Shown here: positions 14,293 to 27,140 of the stretch, piece after piece
Position numbering within the stretch: position 1 is the first letter of the stretch
Layout: each line of letters starts with the position of its first letter
Assembly (NCBI RefSeq): GCF_009834535.1
Contig: NC_045697.1
Location: 25,298,001 to 25,362,000 of the forward strand
Direction: 5' to 3'
Source of the DNA: Camelus ferus
Lineage: Eukaryota
DNA length: 64,000 nucleotides
The notes under the pieces: model-generated
What the model was told of the DNA's origin: nothing
What the model saw: only the letters and a program-made list of their open reading frames with translations
Database searches by the model: none
Translations under genes and position numbers: made by a program

Positions 14293-16859
14293 AGAAGAAT
14301 ACCATTAGGTAAGCATTTTAGTATGCCATTTTGCTTATTATGAAATCATATCTTAATGAAGTCCAGTAATTTGCCTCAAGTTACACAGTTAAAAGAAAGT
14401 AATATACATATATATTTTTTTCAGCATTTAGTATATGTCAAACACTGTCCAATGCGTTTTGCTTATCTTAACTCATTCAGTCATCATAAGGTTAGTTCTT
14501 TTACTTTCATGATCTGTTTCCTTTTCTAGATAAAGAAATTGGGAAGCAGAAGAGTTAAGTAATGTGGCCAAGAAATGATGGAATGGGAATGTTAATCTAG
14601 GCAGATTAGTGTGAGATGTTCTCTACGACTACTGTGCTGTCTCTCAAATAGTTTAAGTAGGGTTTGAACCCATGTGTGGTTGATTTTAAACCCCAATAAA
14701 TGCTTTGTTTATATCTTCTTTTCCCTATCTCTCATATCCCTTCTAGGATTATAGTCCATGTCAGCTAATCTGGATGATAAACTATAAAATCCACAAGCAT
14801 AAAAACTCTCTCTCACTTGCTCACCTTTGAATCTCCAGTGCCTAACAAATTGCCTGGCACAGACAGGGTCTTCAATAAGGATTACTGGAATGAATACCTA
14901 CAAGGAGATCATGGCTACCTTAAGAGATATTGAGTATGAATATTGAACTCTCCTTGAAGGGTCAACCCTGCAGCCAGAGCAGCTTTTCCAGCCCCTACCC
15001 TGGCTTCCTTAAATGCCTCCTTCTCTACAAATCCAGCAACCCTAAACAAGAAAACCCCAGAGAAATCATTACTGCATTATTATCAACCTAACAAAACAAT
15101 CCATTCTCATAATGTTAATATATGAAAAATGTTTATGATAATAATGTTCATAGCTATCAGAGGCAGTTTGAATTACTTTTTGTGTACTGATAAAATAACA
15201 GACCTCAATTGCTACAGAGATGGCTGGATGAGACAAGGTTTCATTAATTCAGTTTCAAGCACCATTGACACAGAGTCTTTCTAAAAAAAATAATAAATTT
15301 GGATATATGCAGTTTGTATTGAAAACTGGCAGAGAGGTTACTATCAAATAGAAGTCATCCCTTAACTTTCTTCATTCCTTTCCATCTAAGGCATTTAAAG
15401 CTAAATAAATTTAGAAAAGGTAGATTATTAAACAGTCCTCAGCAAGCAAAACACAGGTAACTATTTCGAGGCAAGCATGATTTGTAGGCTGGTTCTGAGT
15501 TGTCATTCAGAGCCCCAGCAGCCAAAGACTGCCAGTTCATTGTTTTTTCTCTCTTGTGCCATTGGAAACCAGTTTCCTCTTGCTATATTTTGTTTCACTT
15601 TAAAATTATTACACAAAATTGAAAAATGCTCAGACAAATTGTAATCAAATAATTCTGTGCACTTGCTTTATGTCAAGGGATATATAAGTTAATAAAAAGA
15701 TACTGTTTGTATGTGGCACCGTAATATCTCCATCATTCTGAAATTTGGTGTAATGGTCAGCATTATAATGAAATTGCAGTTTTTCATTTTTTTCTACAAT
15801 ACTTCATGGGCGAGAAAAAATCATCACAAGCTAGAGTTGAATTTGTGAATTCTACAGAAGTCAGTTTGTGTGTGCGTATGTGTGTGTGTGAGAGACAAAT
15901 TAAGGGGTAAAATGTTGTGAACATTTCTAAAAGAACTTCATTGTGCCTTAATTTTTTTAACTTCAGTGAGTTTTAAAATGCCTTGATCAGAATGACATGA
16001 AGCAAAAGTAATTTATGAGGTGTATCTTTACTGAAAATTCCATAATAATTGGAGGGATATATGTTTTTGTTAATATTCTATTGTATTTCCATTTTAGAAT
16101 AACTTAGCTATCATATTTTACATGTTTGTTTGAAAATAGTTGCTTCTCTCGGAAATGTGTTTTAATTTATTTTTAGTCACAAGATTTTTTTTAATTTCAA
16201 GTATTTTTAAAGACCATGATTATATTTTATATTCATTAAAGAGAGCACAGGTTTCTAAGATTGGGAAAGAGCAGTTTGAAAAAAAAAAAAACCACAAGAG
16301 AAATTTTATGCCAGCTATTACATTTTATTTAGTACTTGAGTATGTGCCTAGAAATAATATAGTCAAAGGAAATGTCTGATAAAGACAATTGAAAGTCAAA
16401 AAGAGCTATCCATTGAATTAGTTCAAATTTTCTAAACAGTGTCTGCCAGTGATTTGGTTAAAAAACAAAATTCAATTGTATCAGGAGGATTGAAACCTTG
16501 GTTTTCCATACTCTTCTATAACTCCCTGGTGTCCAGAATTCTTTGACATGTATTGCTTCTCACAATTTAGGATGTATTACTTCTTTTCCACTCTGTTCTA
16601 TTCCATTTATCCTCAAGTCAGAGTTTCCCTGTAACATTGTTATTCTTAAAATAGAGAAGGGATTTTTAAAATTATTTCTTGCATGATTACATCTTCTTAT
16701 TGCCCTGTGGAAGCTTTGAGCTATGTAGTTGTATGGCCATTCAAATGGCTGTTCTCTTGCTCTCTGGACATCCCCTGCTTAACCAATGCCTTCCTCCCTG
16801 CACCCTGCTCACAAGTCTGACCTTCCTACATACTTGCCCAGATTCCAGCTAATGGACGA

Positions 16860-17760
16860 GGCAGATAGAAAAACAAATGCCAAAACTCTGAGGAAAGAGC
16901 ATGCCCTACTTCTGTGAGGTCATAAATCATGTCATTTGGTTTGAGAGGAGTGAGCACATGCTCACTGTAGCCCGTGATCAGACCTACAGTTTAATTGTAT
17001 CTCTCAGGCTGCTCTGTTGGAAAATGACTGAGAATTGTAAAGAGGAGAGAGCAAGTGAAGGCAGAAGTCTGTTGTAGTGATCCACACCTGAAATGATGGT
17101 ATCTTGGATACTAGTACTGGTGGTGGTCAAAGTCTGGATTCCATGAGTAGAGCTGAAAGGATTTCTTGACTGATTAGGTAAGTAGTACTTGATAAACAGA
17201 GAAGTTAAAGATGACTCCAAGTCTTGTGGACTGAACATTGAATGGCATAGAGTAACATGAGAGGGACCTTTACTTTTAAGTATGTCATGTTTGAGAAGCT
17301 AGGTAGATGGACAAGTGGAGGCTGCATATACTCTGTTTAATACCATTCTTGAGTTCACAGAAGATGATGGAATAGGAGAGAAAAACACTGGAGTCATCAG
17401 GGTGAAAATAGTATTTAAAACCACAGGAATGGATAAAATCCCCTAGGAAGTGAGTAAGAAAAGAGATATAAAACCTGAGCCCTAGGCCAGCCTGTTACTT
17501 TAAAGGAGAAGATGAGGAAGATGGCACTAGTAGGAGTGAGAGTGAGAGGCAGTGAGGAAGCAGAAGAACTAAATTAGAGTGAAGTCTAGTGCCTGCCATT
17601 AGAGGAGAAGGAGGGAAGAAGAGAGGAGGGATAAGTAAGAGGACAAAGCAGAAGCATCTCATGAAAGAGAAATCAACGTTTGTGATAGTTACATAAGGAC
17701 TGAACATTGAATTAGCAAAGTACAAAGTAGGAAGTTTCTATAGATTTTCTCAGCAAAATA
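16860..17760 (-). mobile_element. L2 LINE fragment
   Basis: Purine-rich antisense L2 signature (AAAGATGACTCCAAG, CATGTTTGAGA, GGAGTCATCAG, GGACTGAACATTGA). Confidence 0.7.
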
Positions 17761-18899
17761 AGAAGCTGAATTTTCAGCTGAAAATGTGGAAGGAGAAAAT
17801 GGTGTTTATGTTTTGAGGAGAGAAAAGACTGAAATGATCCTTTAAAAACTCAAAGTGTGAGTCATGCAAGGCTAAGCAGTAGAAGAAAGGAAGAGCAGTT
17901 TTCCTCGTCGCTCTCAGCAGGACTGAACACTTCCTTCCAAGGCACTGTGCCCATGATTTCATGAACATGCTTAGCACTTTTAATTATTAAGGTTATTCAC
18001 TTTTCTGTCTCTTCTGCTAGGCTGTAAGCTCTTCAAAAAATGACCAGTTGATAGATTCCTAACATGCATGTTTTCCATGGAACCACATTAAAGAATGTTA
18101 AACAAGTGAAAAAGAGATTCAGATTTAAGTGGCACCGTTAGGGCAGGCGGAGACTAAAGAACCCCAAATTTTAACATCCTCAAATTATAAATACATTGAG
18201 AAGTATCATCGAACATTGGAGAATTAGTGCATGGATATTAGGCAGCACAGAGATAGAGATCCTAGTGCAACCGTGTTAAAAAAAAATTCATAATGATGTA
18301 TGCAGAGAACAACAGATCTAAGAGGATTTAAATGAAGGTTAGGATAAGAGCAACATGGAAGATGTTTTATACTGAATTTGCTACCTTTGATAGAACTTTT
18401 TACCTCATTCTTGCCTAGTTTGAAAATTATTCCAAGAGTGTCCTAAAGTGGAAGCAAATAAGGTCTTCTGGTTAAGGTGACTCTTTCTGGTATAGATTAC
18501 ATAAGCTGACCACTCAAATAATGTTTTCATTGTTATCTGAAACAAAGTGAGAGTACCCTAAGACGATACTGAAAAAAACTTGACATAATTAGTATAGACA
18601 TCTAAATATAAATCTATTCAAAATAATTAAACACACTGTAGCCAGTCCAGGCCTAAGAATGAGAAATGATGAGAATAATAGTGACAATTTTTCATTGACG
18701 AGGATGTGCTGAATCCTGTTTAGATATTATTTCTCTGGATTTACGTGACGCTGGTTTTTCGCTCCGTGCTGCTGATGACCTGTCAGGATGACTGGACATA
18801 GAGACTTCTAATATGACTTCTTCTTTATGAGCTTCATCACCAATACATAGTAGTGACCTTGTTGTCCTGGCACTGTCTGGTGGTCCTCTATAGCACCTG

Positions 18900-19460
18900 A
18901 CCCTTTTCTTCATGTCACTTGTGGAAACAGCTGTCAATGCCTTGGGACATGCTTCTTGCCCCTGTTGTCTCTGAAGCCCAAGACTCTGAAGCATTCACTC
19001 ACTGTATGTTTCAGCAAACTCATCCCACATCCACCCTTCAATGGGACCTGCAAGACCGAAAGACAAGGAAAGGGTGTGAGTGTTGCTGGCACAAGCCTTA
19101 GAGACTGCCACTGATATCTTGAGATCTGGTTTCCCTTTCCCTGGCAACTACCCAAAAAAGCAGAATGCCTAGAAGTGCCTGAAATGGCACCCTATGGAGT
19201 AAACTTTGACCAATGGGAGATGAAAGCAAATAATTAGACTTTCTTCCTACTCTGAACACAGTGTTCCACAAAGCAGTAGGTTATATTAGAAGATATCCTG
19301 CAAAGCAGAATAATCAGCTACACTTGTTACGATTTCAGATCAATGATGGACTCTTATCTTTGCTTCTCTTCTTTCCTTGTCTCAGTTGACTATACCTCAC
19401 AATGCAGTGTAAGTCCATAAATTCCACTTAAATTCTGTTTTCCTTGGAACCTAGTCTAAA
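18900..19460 (+). mobile_element. Degenerate ERVL-type LTR (LTR33/LTR16-like)
   Basis: CTTTGACCAATGGGAG motif and a TCTGTTTTCCTTGGAACCTAGTCTAA end. Boundaries are approximate. Confidence 0.45.
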
Positions 19461-19699
19461 ATGAGATTTATGCATGCATTTAAATCATTTTTAGGATAAG
19501 ATCTATTTGTTAAAGTCTGTATGAAGAATAAAAGCAAGTTTTGTTGCAGTTTTTTTTCTTTATTTGGTCAAAATAAATATCTTTTAATAATGAGGACTTT
19601 TCTTAAAAGTAAAGTGTAAGAAACACTTTATTAAATTAACAGATTGAAGTAAATAGTGGTGTTATTCTAATGAGACACTTTATTTCCAGAGGAGTAAGA

Positions 19700-22085
19700 G
19701 AGAAAGAAAGAAAGAAATCTTTGACTATTTGCATGAATAGAGAGATTGCAGTAGAGGTGTTAAAAATGTTAAAATTCTGAAAGTAGGGTCAATAGGCTTT
19801 TCTAAACAGTTGAGATGTGTGAGAAAAAGGGAAGACTCATTCCAAGAACAATTGCAAAAATGTACTTTCTTTTCACTTAGAAGGGGAAGGTGATGGGTAT
19901 TTTGGGTGAGGGAGGGTAAAAAGATCAGGAGTGCAATTTCAAACATAGTGAGTGTAAGGTCTTTATTAAGTATGCAAATGAAGGTTCTAAGTAATTTGTT
20001 GAGTATACAAGTCTGCTGTTCAGAAGAGGAGTTTGGACTGGAAAGATTATTTGGGAGATTTGAGCATATAGTTGGTATTTAATGTTATAACACCAGATGA
20101 CACAAAGAGGAAACTAGGTGTAGATAACAGGGTAAAGATATTGCTAAAGATGAACGATGTAAGTTTAGAGGAGAGAAAACTTCAGAGGTGACAGAAAAGA
20201 AGTGTTCAGAGAGGAAGGAGAAAAGCAAGCTAAGAGTATCTGGACTCCTAGATCAATTTAAAAACAAACAAGCAAACAAAAAACCAAAAAACAAATGTTA
20301 AAGGAAGCTAAAAATCTGCCATGTCAAATACTGCTGCTAAATCAATAAAAGTGAGGAATTAAAATTCACAATTGAATTTAGCAACATGTATATAATAGTT
20401 GACCTTGACAGGGGAAATTTCATCTAAGTACTGAGTATAATCATGATTAGAGTGGGTTTAAAAGAGAATGAGAGAGAAAAATTAGAAACAATGAGTAAAG
20501 ATAAAAATTTCATGAAGTTTTATTAGAAAGAAGTACAAATAAATGGGTTAGCTGGTAAGAGGAATAGATCAAGAAACTTTTTGAAAGATGAGTACTGATT
20601 CCCGGGCAGAGGTGACATTTTTGATCTGTGGCAGATAGACCCTGAGTGCCCACAAATACGCCTGCTGTCTGGCACCTCTGCCCTACCCTCCCCGAAAGTG
20701 TGGGCACAACTTGTGATTTGCTTTAAATCAATAGAAGACAGCAAAGATGACAGGATGTCACTTTCATGATTACATTACATAAACTTTTAACTTCTGTCTT
20801 GCTAGTAAATTCTATTGATTCTCTTTCTTGCTGGCTTTGATGACATACACCATCATATAGTGAGGCCCAGGTGAAAAAACTAAAGGTGGCTTGGAACTGA
20901 CAGCCAGCAAGGAGCCGAGGCCCTCACGCTGAGAACCCTCAAGAAACTAGATCCTGCCAACAATCGTGTGAGCTTGGAAGAGGATCTCTCCCCGGTAAAG
21001 CCTTAGATGACACCTCAGGCCTGACTGACACGGTGAATGTAACCTCATGAGAGACCCTGAAGCGAATTATCCAGCTAACCCACACCCAGATTCTGACCTG
21101 CCAAAAAACTATGAGATAATGTAGGTTCATGGTTTTAAGGCGCTAAGTTTTTAGTAATTTATTACACAGCAATAAGAGATTAATGCTTAGTCTTTGAAGA
21201 TTCTCCTTTGATTTCTTCAGCTGTTCTAGCAACTAGAAGTGAACGTGAGGAGGAGGTGTGTGGTGCTTGAAGAAAGGAGGAGACGCAAAGTAGTCATCTC
21301 GGAGGTTGAAGAGAGAATGGACTAAGAACATACACTGCGACAGCATAGCAGCGTGAAGAGTTCCCTCAAAGTTCTTGGCCACTGCTTTTCATCTGACAAT
21401 ATTCAGTTTGATTAATCTATTTTTCTCCAGCTCCAGTTTAGGTTTGGAGTGGTGCCACACTGAAGACAATGAGCTGGAAAGATAATGAGTTGTTGTCTGG
21501 GAGTGGAATGCATGAAACTGACATCAGGGTAATAAGTAATGACAAAGTCTAGGTCATGATCATGGAAGCAAGTAGCTGAGAAATGCAGAAGGCACGAACA
21601 ATGGAAAAGAGTCATTCAAGAGACTGAGACCACAGTTTTGAGGAAAAGCATCTACGTGAATATGAAAGTAGCCAAAAATAAAAACAGACATATTGAAAAT
21701 GGTGACAGTGAGCCAAGGAATAAATCTGTGTAAAAAGAGTAGGAATGATATTCAGGGGTTGGCAGATGATGGTGGCAGTGAGATAGGTATGGTGGATGAG
21801 ATAATCCCATGGCACGTGATACAAAACTGGAGGAGAGTAATGGGGGTGGGAAGAAGAATTGTCTGAAAGGGACAAGAGGGAGCAACAAGGACATTTTTCC
21901 AATTCTAGGCTCAATGATATGAAAACTGAGGAAGAAGAAACAGCCAACACTTGAGGGATTTGCAGAGGTGGTACTCTCAAGAGAGAGTATGAATTTAGAA
22001 TTTCGGTTCAGCTCAAGGATGGTTCAGAGAAGATGTTGAGGATATAGCAGATGCTGCTTCTGATGGATATTGAAGTTCAGAGGGC
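19700..22085 (-). mobile_element. L2 LINE fragments interrupted by the MLT1 LTR at 20627-21187
   Basis: TGTCAAATACTGCTG, TTGACCTTGACA, GATTAGAGTGGGTT and AAGTCTAGGTCATG L2-like motifs. Confidence 0.6.
20627..21187 (+). mobile_element. MaLR solo LTR (MLT1E/F-like)
   Basis: TGTGGCAG start; GGATGTCACTTTCATGATTACATTA; CCTCATGAGAGACCCTGAAGC; TTATTACACAGCAATA end. Confidence 0.8.
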
Positions 22086-22094
22086 TCCATCAAT

Positions 22095-22640
22095 ATCCTT
22101 CAGCCAAAGATCACAAGGAACACACATGTAATTCAATCAAGTTGGGTTTATTGACTTGTCGAAAACTATTGCAGCATAATGCAACATTGGATATTTCAGT
22201 GAGAGGATGGTAGAAGGGATTTATTATAGGATTTGGCCTTGTGTTAGATTACTTGATAGAAAAAAACAAAGGGGGGTAAATTTTGCTCTGGATTTGATGC
22301 TGTAAAGAAGTAGGGTAATTCTTTGAGTGTTTTAATAATTCTTACTGAGAAGATCAGAACAGAAAGCGCTTAATCTGATCAGGAAGGAAGCACAAAGCAC
22401 TGGTCACTCCTATTGGCCAGTGTAAGAGAATTCTTAGTCATTTTGGTATTTTCCTTTGTCTTCCTTTTGTCTGTGTTCAGACATGATTATGACATTGTCT
22501 GGGTGGTTTTTATCCATCCAGTCAGTGTTTTTGTCTGATGTTGGTGTGCTGTGCGGTTTTATGCTCGGTGGGAGAATGCCATGCCCTCTCTGTGAGCTCT
22601 AGGCCATGCCCCTCTTATCAGGGCATGGATTTCCCTTTCC
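22095..22640 (-). mobile_element. Ancient LTR, family uncertain
   Basis: Reversed AATAAA in AATCAAGTTGGGTTTATT; TTATAGGATTTGG; GTGTTCAGACATGATTA resembles old eutherian LTR consensus as recalled. Confidence 0.5.
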
Positions 22641-24034
22641 CAGCCAGGGGACTGGTCTTAGATGTTGGAAGGAGTGTGAAGAACAGAGTAACTTGTTTGC
22701 ATAGCCTTACAGGAATTGAAGTGTAAGAAATGAGGGTGGGTATCAGAGTCTAAAGCTTTTTGTGATGACTGTTATGAATAGGGATGATTAAGGGGCATGA
22801 TTAAGCATAGTATAGTTATTAACTCAGTCAAGAGAATATTTTGTAACTGTTGATTGTGCTAATAATAAAAATAATCTTTTAGATTTTAGAGGCTATCATC
22901 TGTTTAGTGCTTATTTTCATCAAATGTTTTGCTAAATATATTATGTATAATTTAATAGTTTATTTTATTATCACCAAGTAGTTTTATTTTTATTTTTTAA
23001 TGAGAAAATCAAGACCTAAAAGTTTTAAGCATCAAGATCACATTCTTAATCTTGAATCCAAAGTTCTTAATCACTGTCATGCTGTCACGTCTACTAACAA
23101 TATTATGTCCAGTAAAAGTACAGACTGGAGAATTTCAATTATGCTGAGGTTGCAGTAATATGCAATTAATACTTACAAATATAAGCAAACTGGAAGAAAA
23201 TTTGGGAACAAAATAACAAAATCTTTGATTGATGGAGCAGTGGATTTATTTATCCACCAGGGTGACTTATTTTTATTTCTAATGTTGCTATAATATTTTT
23301 TGTGAAATTAATAATAATAATATGTTTACCTAACATTACTTGTCAGAATAAAAGTTATTTTAAATAAAAAATATTCAGTTGAATTCCCCAAGTTTCTGAG
23401 CAATAATAATCCCTTGAGATAATTACACTAGAACCTAGAATAATTTTCTCCAAATTTCACTGGCTACTGTGAATCATTTCAGCTTAAATCATGGAGCTTA
23501 TTTTCCAAAAGATTTATTTAAATGCCTAAATATTTACAGTTAAACAGTGAAGAGTGTAGTGTACTTCTTTGCTTATCAGATAACTTAAAGATGAGTATGT
23601 GCACATATATTTAAATTCTTGCAATATATTACTTGAGGGAATTTAAATCCAGTTGCTGTGTTTTCAATCATTATTTTTTTCAAGTGTGTGTTAGTTTAGT
23701 TTTGTTTTGTTTTAAATAATTGGGAGCCAAAGATCTATAGAAAAATATTCAAGGACAAAGTGTAATCATTTCAATTAGGGAATCCATTTTGGACATTATA
23801 TATTATATAAATTAAGTACAGTTTGCTTATAGATGTCATAATAACTATATGACTTGAAATTAATCAACTATAACTTATAGGAATCTTAGAAGAACAAAAG
23901 TTTGTGGTAATACTGTATGAGAAATAACCTGGTTTCCTCATCAAATAGTTTAAAGACATGAGAAAGGAAAATTAAAAACATGAGAAATAGAGGGAAAAGA
24001 TATGAGTATATACATGTATATACATGTGCATATA

Positions 24035-24420
24035 TATGTAAAGAGCCTAAAGAGACATCAATCAACAGCAATGTTTAGACTTTATTTCGACCCTGATTCA
24101 AATTAATAACTATAAAGGCACTTGACATTCTAAGACAACTGCATATTTGAGTAAGAGATATTTTATAGTTAAGTTATTATTACTTTTTAATCATGACAAT
24201 GTTAACATGGTTACTTTTTTAAAGTTCTTAACTTTTAGAGACACCTGGTGAAATATTTATGAATGGAATGATACAATATTGGAGAATGTAGTGGGTGAGG
24301 TATAGATTAAACTCTATTAATGTTGCATTGATGACTGTTAAAGCTGAGTAACAGAAATGAGAAAATTTGTATACTGTTTTATTTTTATGTTTATTGCTTG
24401 AAAATTTCTATTCTCAAAAT
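24035..24420 (+). mobile_element. Old L1 (L1MC/ME-like) 3' UTR fragment
   Basis: AAAGAGACAT...ACCCTGATTCAAA...TTTTAGAGACAC...GAAATATTTATGAATG. Confidence 0.55.
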
Positions 24421-25669
24421 GAAGAAAAATATATCTAAGTCATTACATATAAAACAATAACAGAAGCATTGACTACACAGAAATCAGAGAGGAGTATTTA
24501 AGGTAACAACTTCATAGATAATTGTTTTTCTTTTATACCAACTGTATAACTAATACTGGCTTGATTAATTTTGTTAGTATTATATTTTTCTGTATCTCCT
24601 TATTTGGTCTAACCTTTCTCCATGTCTAATTAGTTCATAAGTGCATATTAACTCTAATCACATAATTACTCAACTGTCAAATATTTGAATGTCAGTATCA
24701 AAATATTCCAAAGAATATTTTGGAAGCAATATGAGACCAGAAATCACTTATTAAGCTGCTTTCCTTAAAAAAAAAATTGTGGATCTTGCATCTTGTGCTC
24801 CCTTTAATTAGCATTTTCATTCAGCATTTTCATTCATTCAGGATTTTAGTAGAAGCTCAGCCAATCAATGTCTGATGACTAACTGTTAGGATGAGTGCAT
24901 AATGGGATAGATTACTTACTCATGGAATAACATGGAGTAATATTTTTAGATGGTGCGTTTATTCTGGGAAACCAAACACAAGAAGAGGCATTTTATTTAT
25001 CTGCAAATATTTGAGGCTTTCCATTTTAGAATTGAGAATAGACATGTACTTCTTTCAGATGGATGCTGCTTGTATGAGAGTTATAGGACCATGGTTGCTT
25101 CAACATAAGAAGAAATTAAATATTTAGGGATGGATAGTAATGAATATGCTGCTTCTTCGACTAGTATGCTACACTGAATTATTGAAAAAAATTACTTCCG
25201 TCAAAGTCGCTATGCAGATAATTTATGTACTTCCATTGTGAAGCCTAATAAAGACAATCAAGTTTTAGTTCAGCTCTACAATCCTATATTTTAAGTTACT
25301 ACAAAAGAAATTATAAAGCATAAATATGTATTTATTTATTCAGAAAATGACTTAATATTGTTAAATCTTGAATTTGAGTACTGCTTATTTTGTAGCTTGT
25401 CCTGGGAAATTAGTGACAAAAAGTCAATTATCTTCCAAATGTCAGTAAAGAATATTAATGTTTGGATCTTGAAACATGTTTCCACTGAAGTATATGTAGA
25501 AAGCCCCTGATTCTAAGCCATGATATACTACACCTCACAAACCTGTAAGTTATTGCATGGAGTCCTGTTTGCCACATTTATACCAAACTGCCATTAGATT
25601 GGATAATTTGCATCACACACACATACTTCTACTTTTTATTGTTGACTTTCATTGAATTTGCTTTTAAAC

Positions 25670-26830
25670 AAACATTAATATATAATTTATATACCATATA
25701 ATTGATGCATTTAGAATTCAATTCAGTGGTTCTTAGTATATCTGTGTCCTGTCAATACAGTCAATTTTAGGACATTTCATCAAGTCAGAAACAAACTCTG
25801 GACCCAATAGTGGTGATTCCACCATTGCCCTAGGCAATCGTTAATATACTTTATATGTCTCTTTATATTTTATACTTTTATTCGATATTTTAGATAAATA
25901 AGAATCACACAAATGTGATCTTTTGTAACCGGCTTGTTTCACTTAGTAAAGTTTTCAAGATTCATCCATGTTGTATCATGTATTGTATTAATATGCTTCA
26001 TTGTATTTATCTATTCATCAGTGGATGGACATTTTTGCTGTTTCCATTTCTGTTATTATGAATAATAATGCTGTGAACCTTAACACACAAGTTTTTTTTG
26101 GAGAAATGTTTTCATTTCTTTTAGTTATTTACCTAGAAATACAGTTGCTGGTCACATGGTTACTCTGTATTTAGCATCTTGCCAGACTGTTTTCCAAAGC
26201 AATTGAACTATTTCACGTTCCCACCACAGAGTACTAGCATGTGTGAAGTGGTGTCTCATCGTAACTCAGATTTGCATTTTCCTGAAGATGTGAATCATTT
26301 TTTTTTCATTTGTCTATTAGCCATTTGTCTAATTAATTTGGCAAAATGGCAATTCAGATCCTTTGCCTGTGTTCTTATTGAGTCATGAGATTTCTTTATA
26401 TAGTCCATATGTAAATCCGTTATGCAATATAGGATTAACAAATATTTTTTTCCCATTCTGATGATTGTCTTTCACCTTCATGTCATTCACTGTCATTCAC
26501 TTTTTTTTTTTTAACAATTATGATCACCTTTTTTTTGGGGGGGGTGGGTGAGGGGAGATAATTAGGTTTATTTGTTTATTTATTTTTAGATGAGGTACTG
26601 GGGATTGAACCCAGGACCTCATGCATACTAAGCATGCACTCTTCTGCTTGAGCTATACCCTCCCCCTTGTCATTCACTTTCATAATGGTATCCTTTTGTA
26701 CTGCAAAAATTGATCACTTTGATGAAGTTCAAGTTATCTATTATTTCTTTTGTCATTGTGATTTTTGTATCTTTTTAAAGAAATCTTGCTTAATCCAGCG
26801 TCTTTTCATATCTTCTTGTGTGTATGATTT
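25670..26830 (-). mobile_element. Old L1 (L1MB-like) 3' fragment containing a SINE insertion
   Basis: Antisense L1 motifs TTCATCCATGTTGTA, GTGGATGGACAT, GCCAGACTGTTTTCCAAAG, TTTGATGAAGTTCAA. Confidence 0.8.
26504..26667 (-). mobile_element. tRNA-derived SINE (Vic-1-like, camelid)
   Basis: Minus strand reads GGGGGAGGGTATAGCTCAAG (A box)...CCTGGGTTCAATCCCAGTACC (B box)...AATAAACCTAATT, then poly(A). TSD TGTCATTCACTTT at 26491-26503 and 26668-26680. Confidence 0.88.
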
Positions 26831-27140
26831 TAGTCTCAATATCAAAACCAAACTTTAGGTGGGTGACCATAGTGCTTTGGTAGAGTGGCTGCATCACCCT
26901 AAAAATGGAATCTTAATTTTTTTTTTAATGTTGGAATGGTATTTGTAAACAAAGATCTGGAAACTCAAACTATATTTAGAGAGATATATGTTTTCAGCCC
27001 AGAAGGCCTTCTATTTCTCATTTGGAAAACAGAGTTATATTTTAATTTTCTCTATCTGGTTGGCCACCTCCACCATGCTATGGAGATTGGTGCCTAACAT
27101 AGCAAAAATAAATAAATAAATAAAAAGACGATTTCTTAAA

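Noticed and set aside
21612..21980. 122-aa ORF
   Set aside because: Lies in decayed L2-like sequence with no intact motifs.
26595..26666. tRNA-like sequence
   Set aside because: It is the head of a SINE with tail and TSD, not a tRNA gene.
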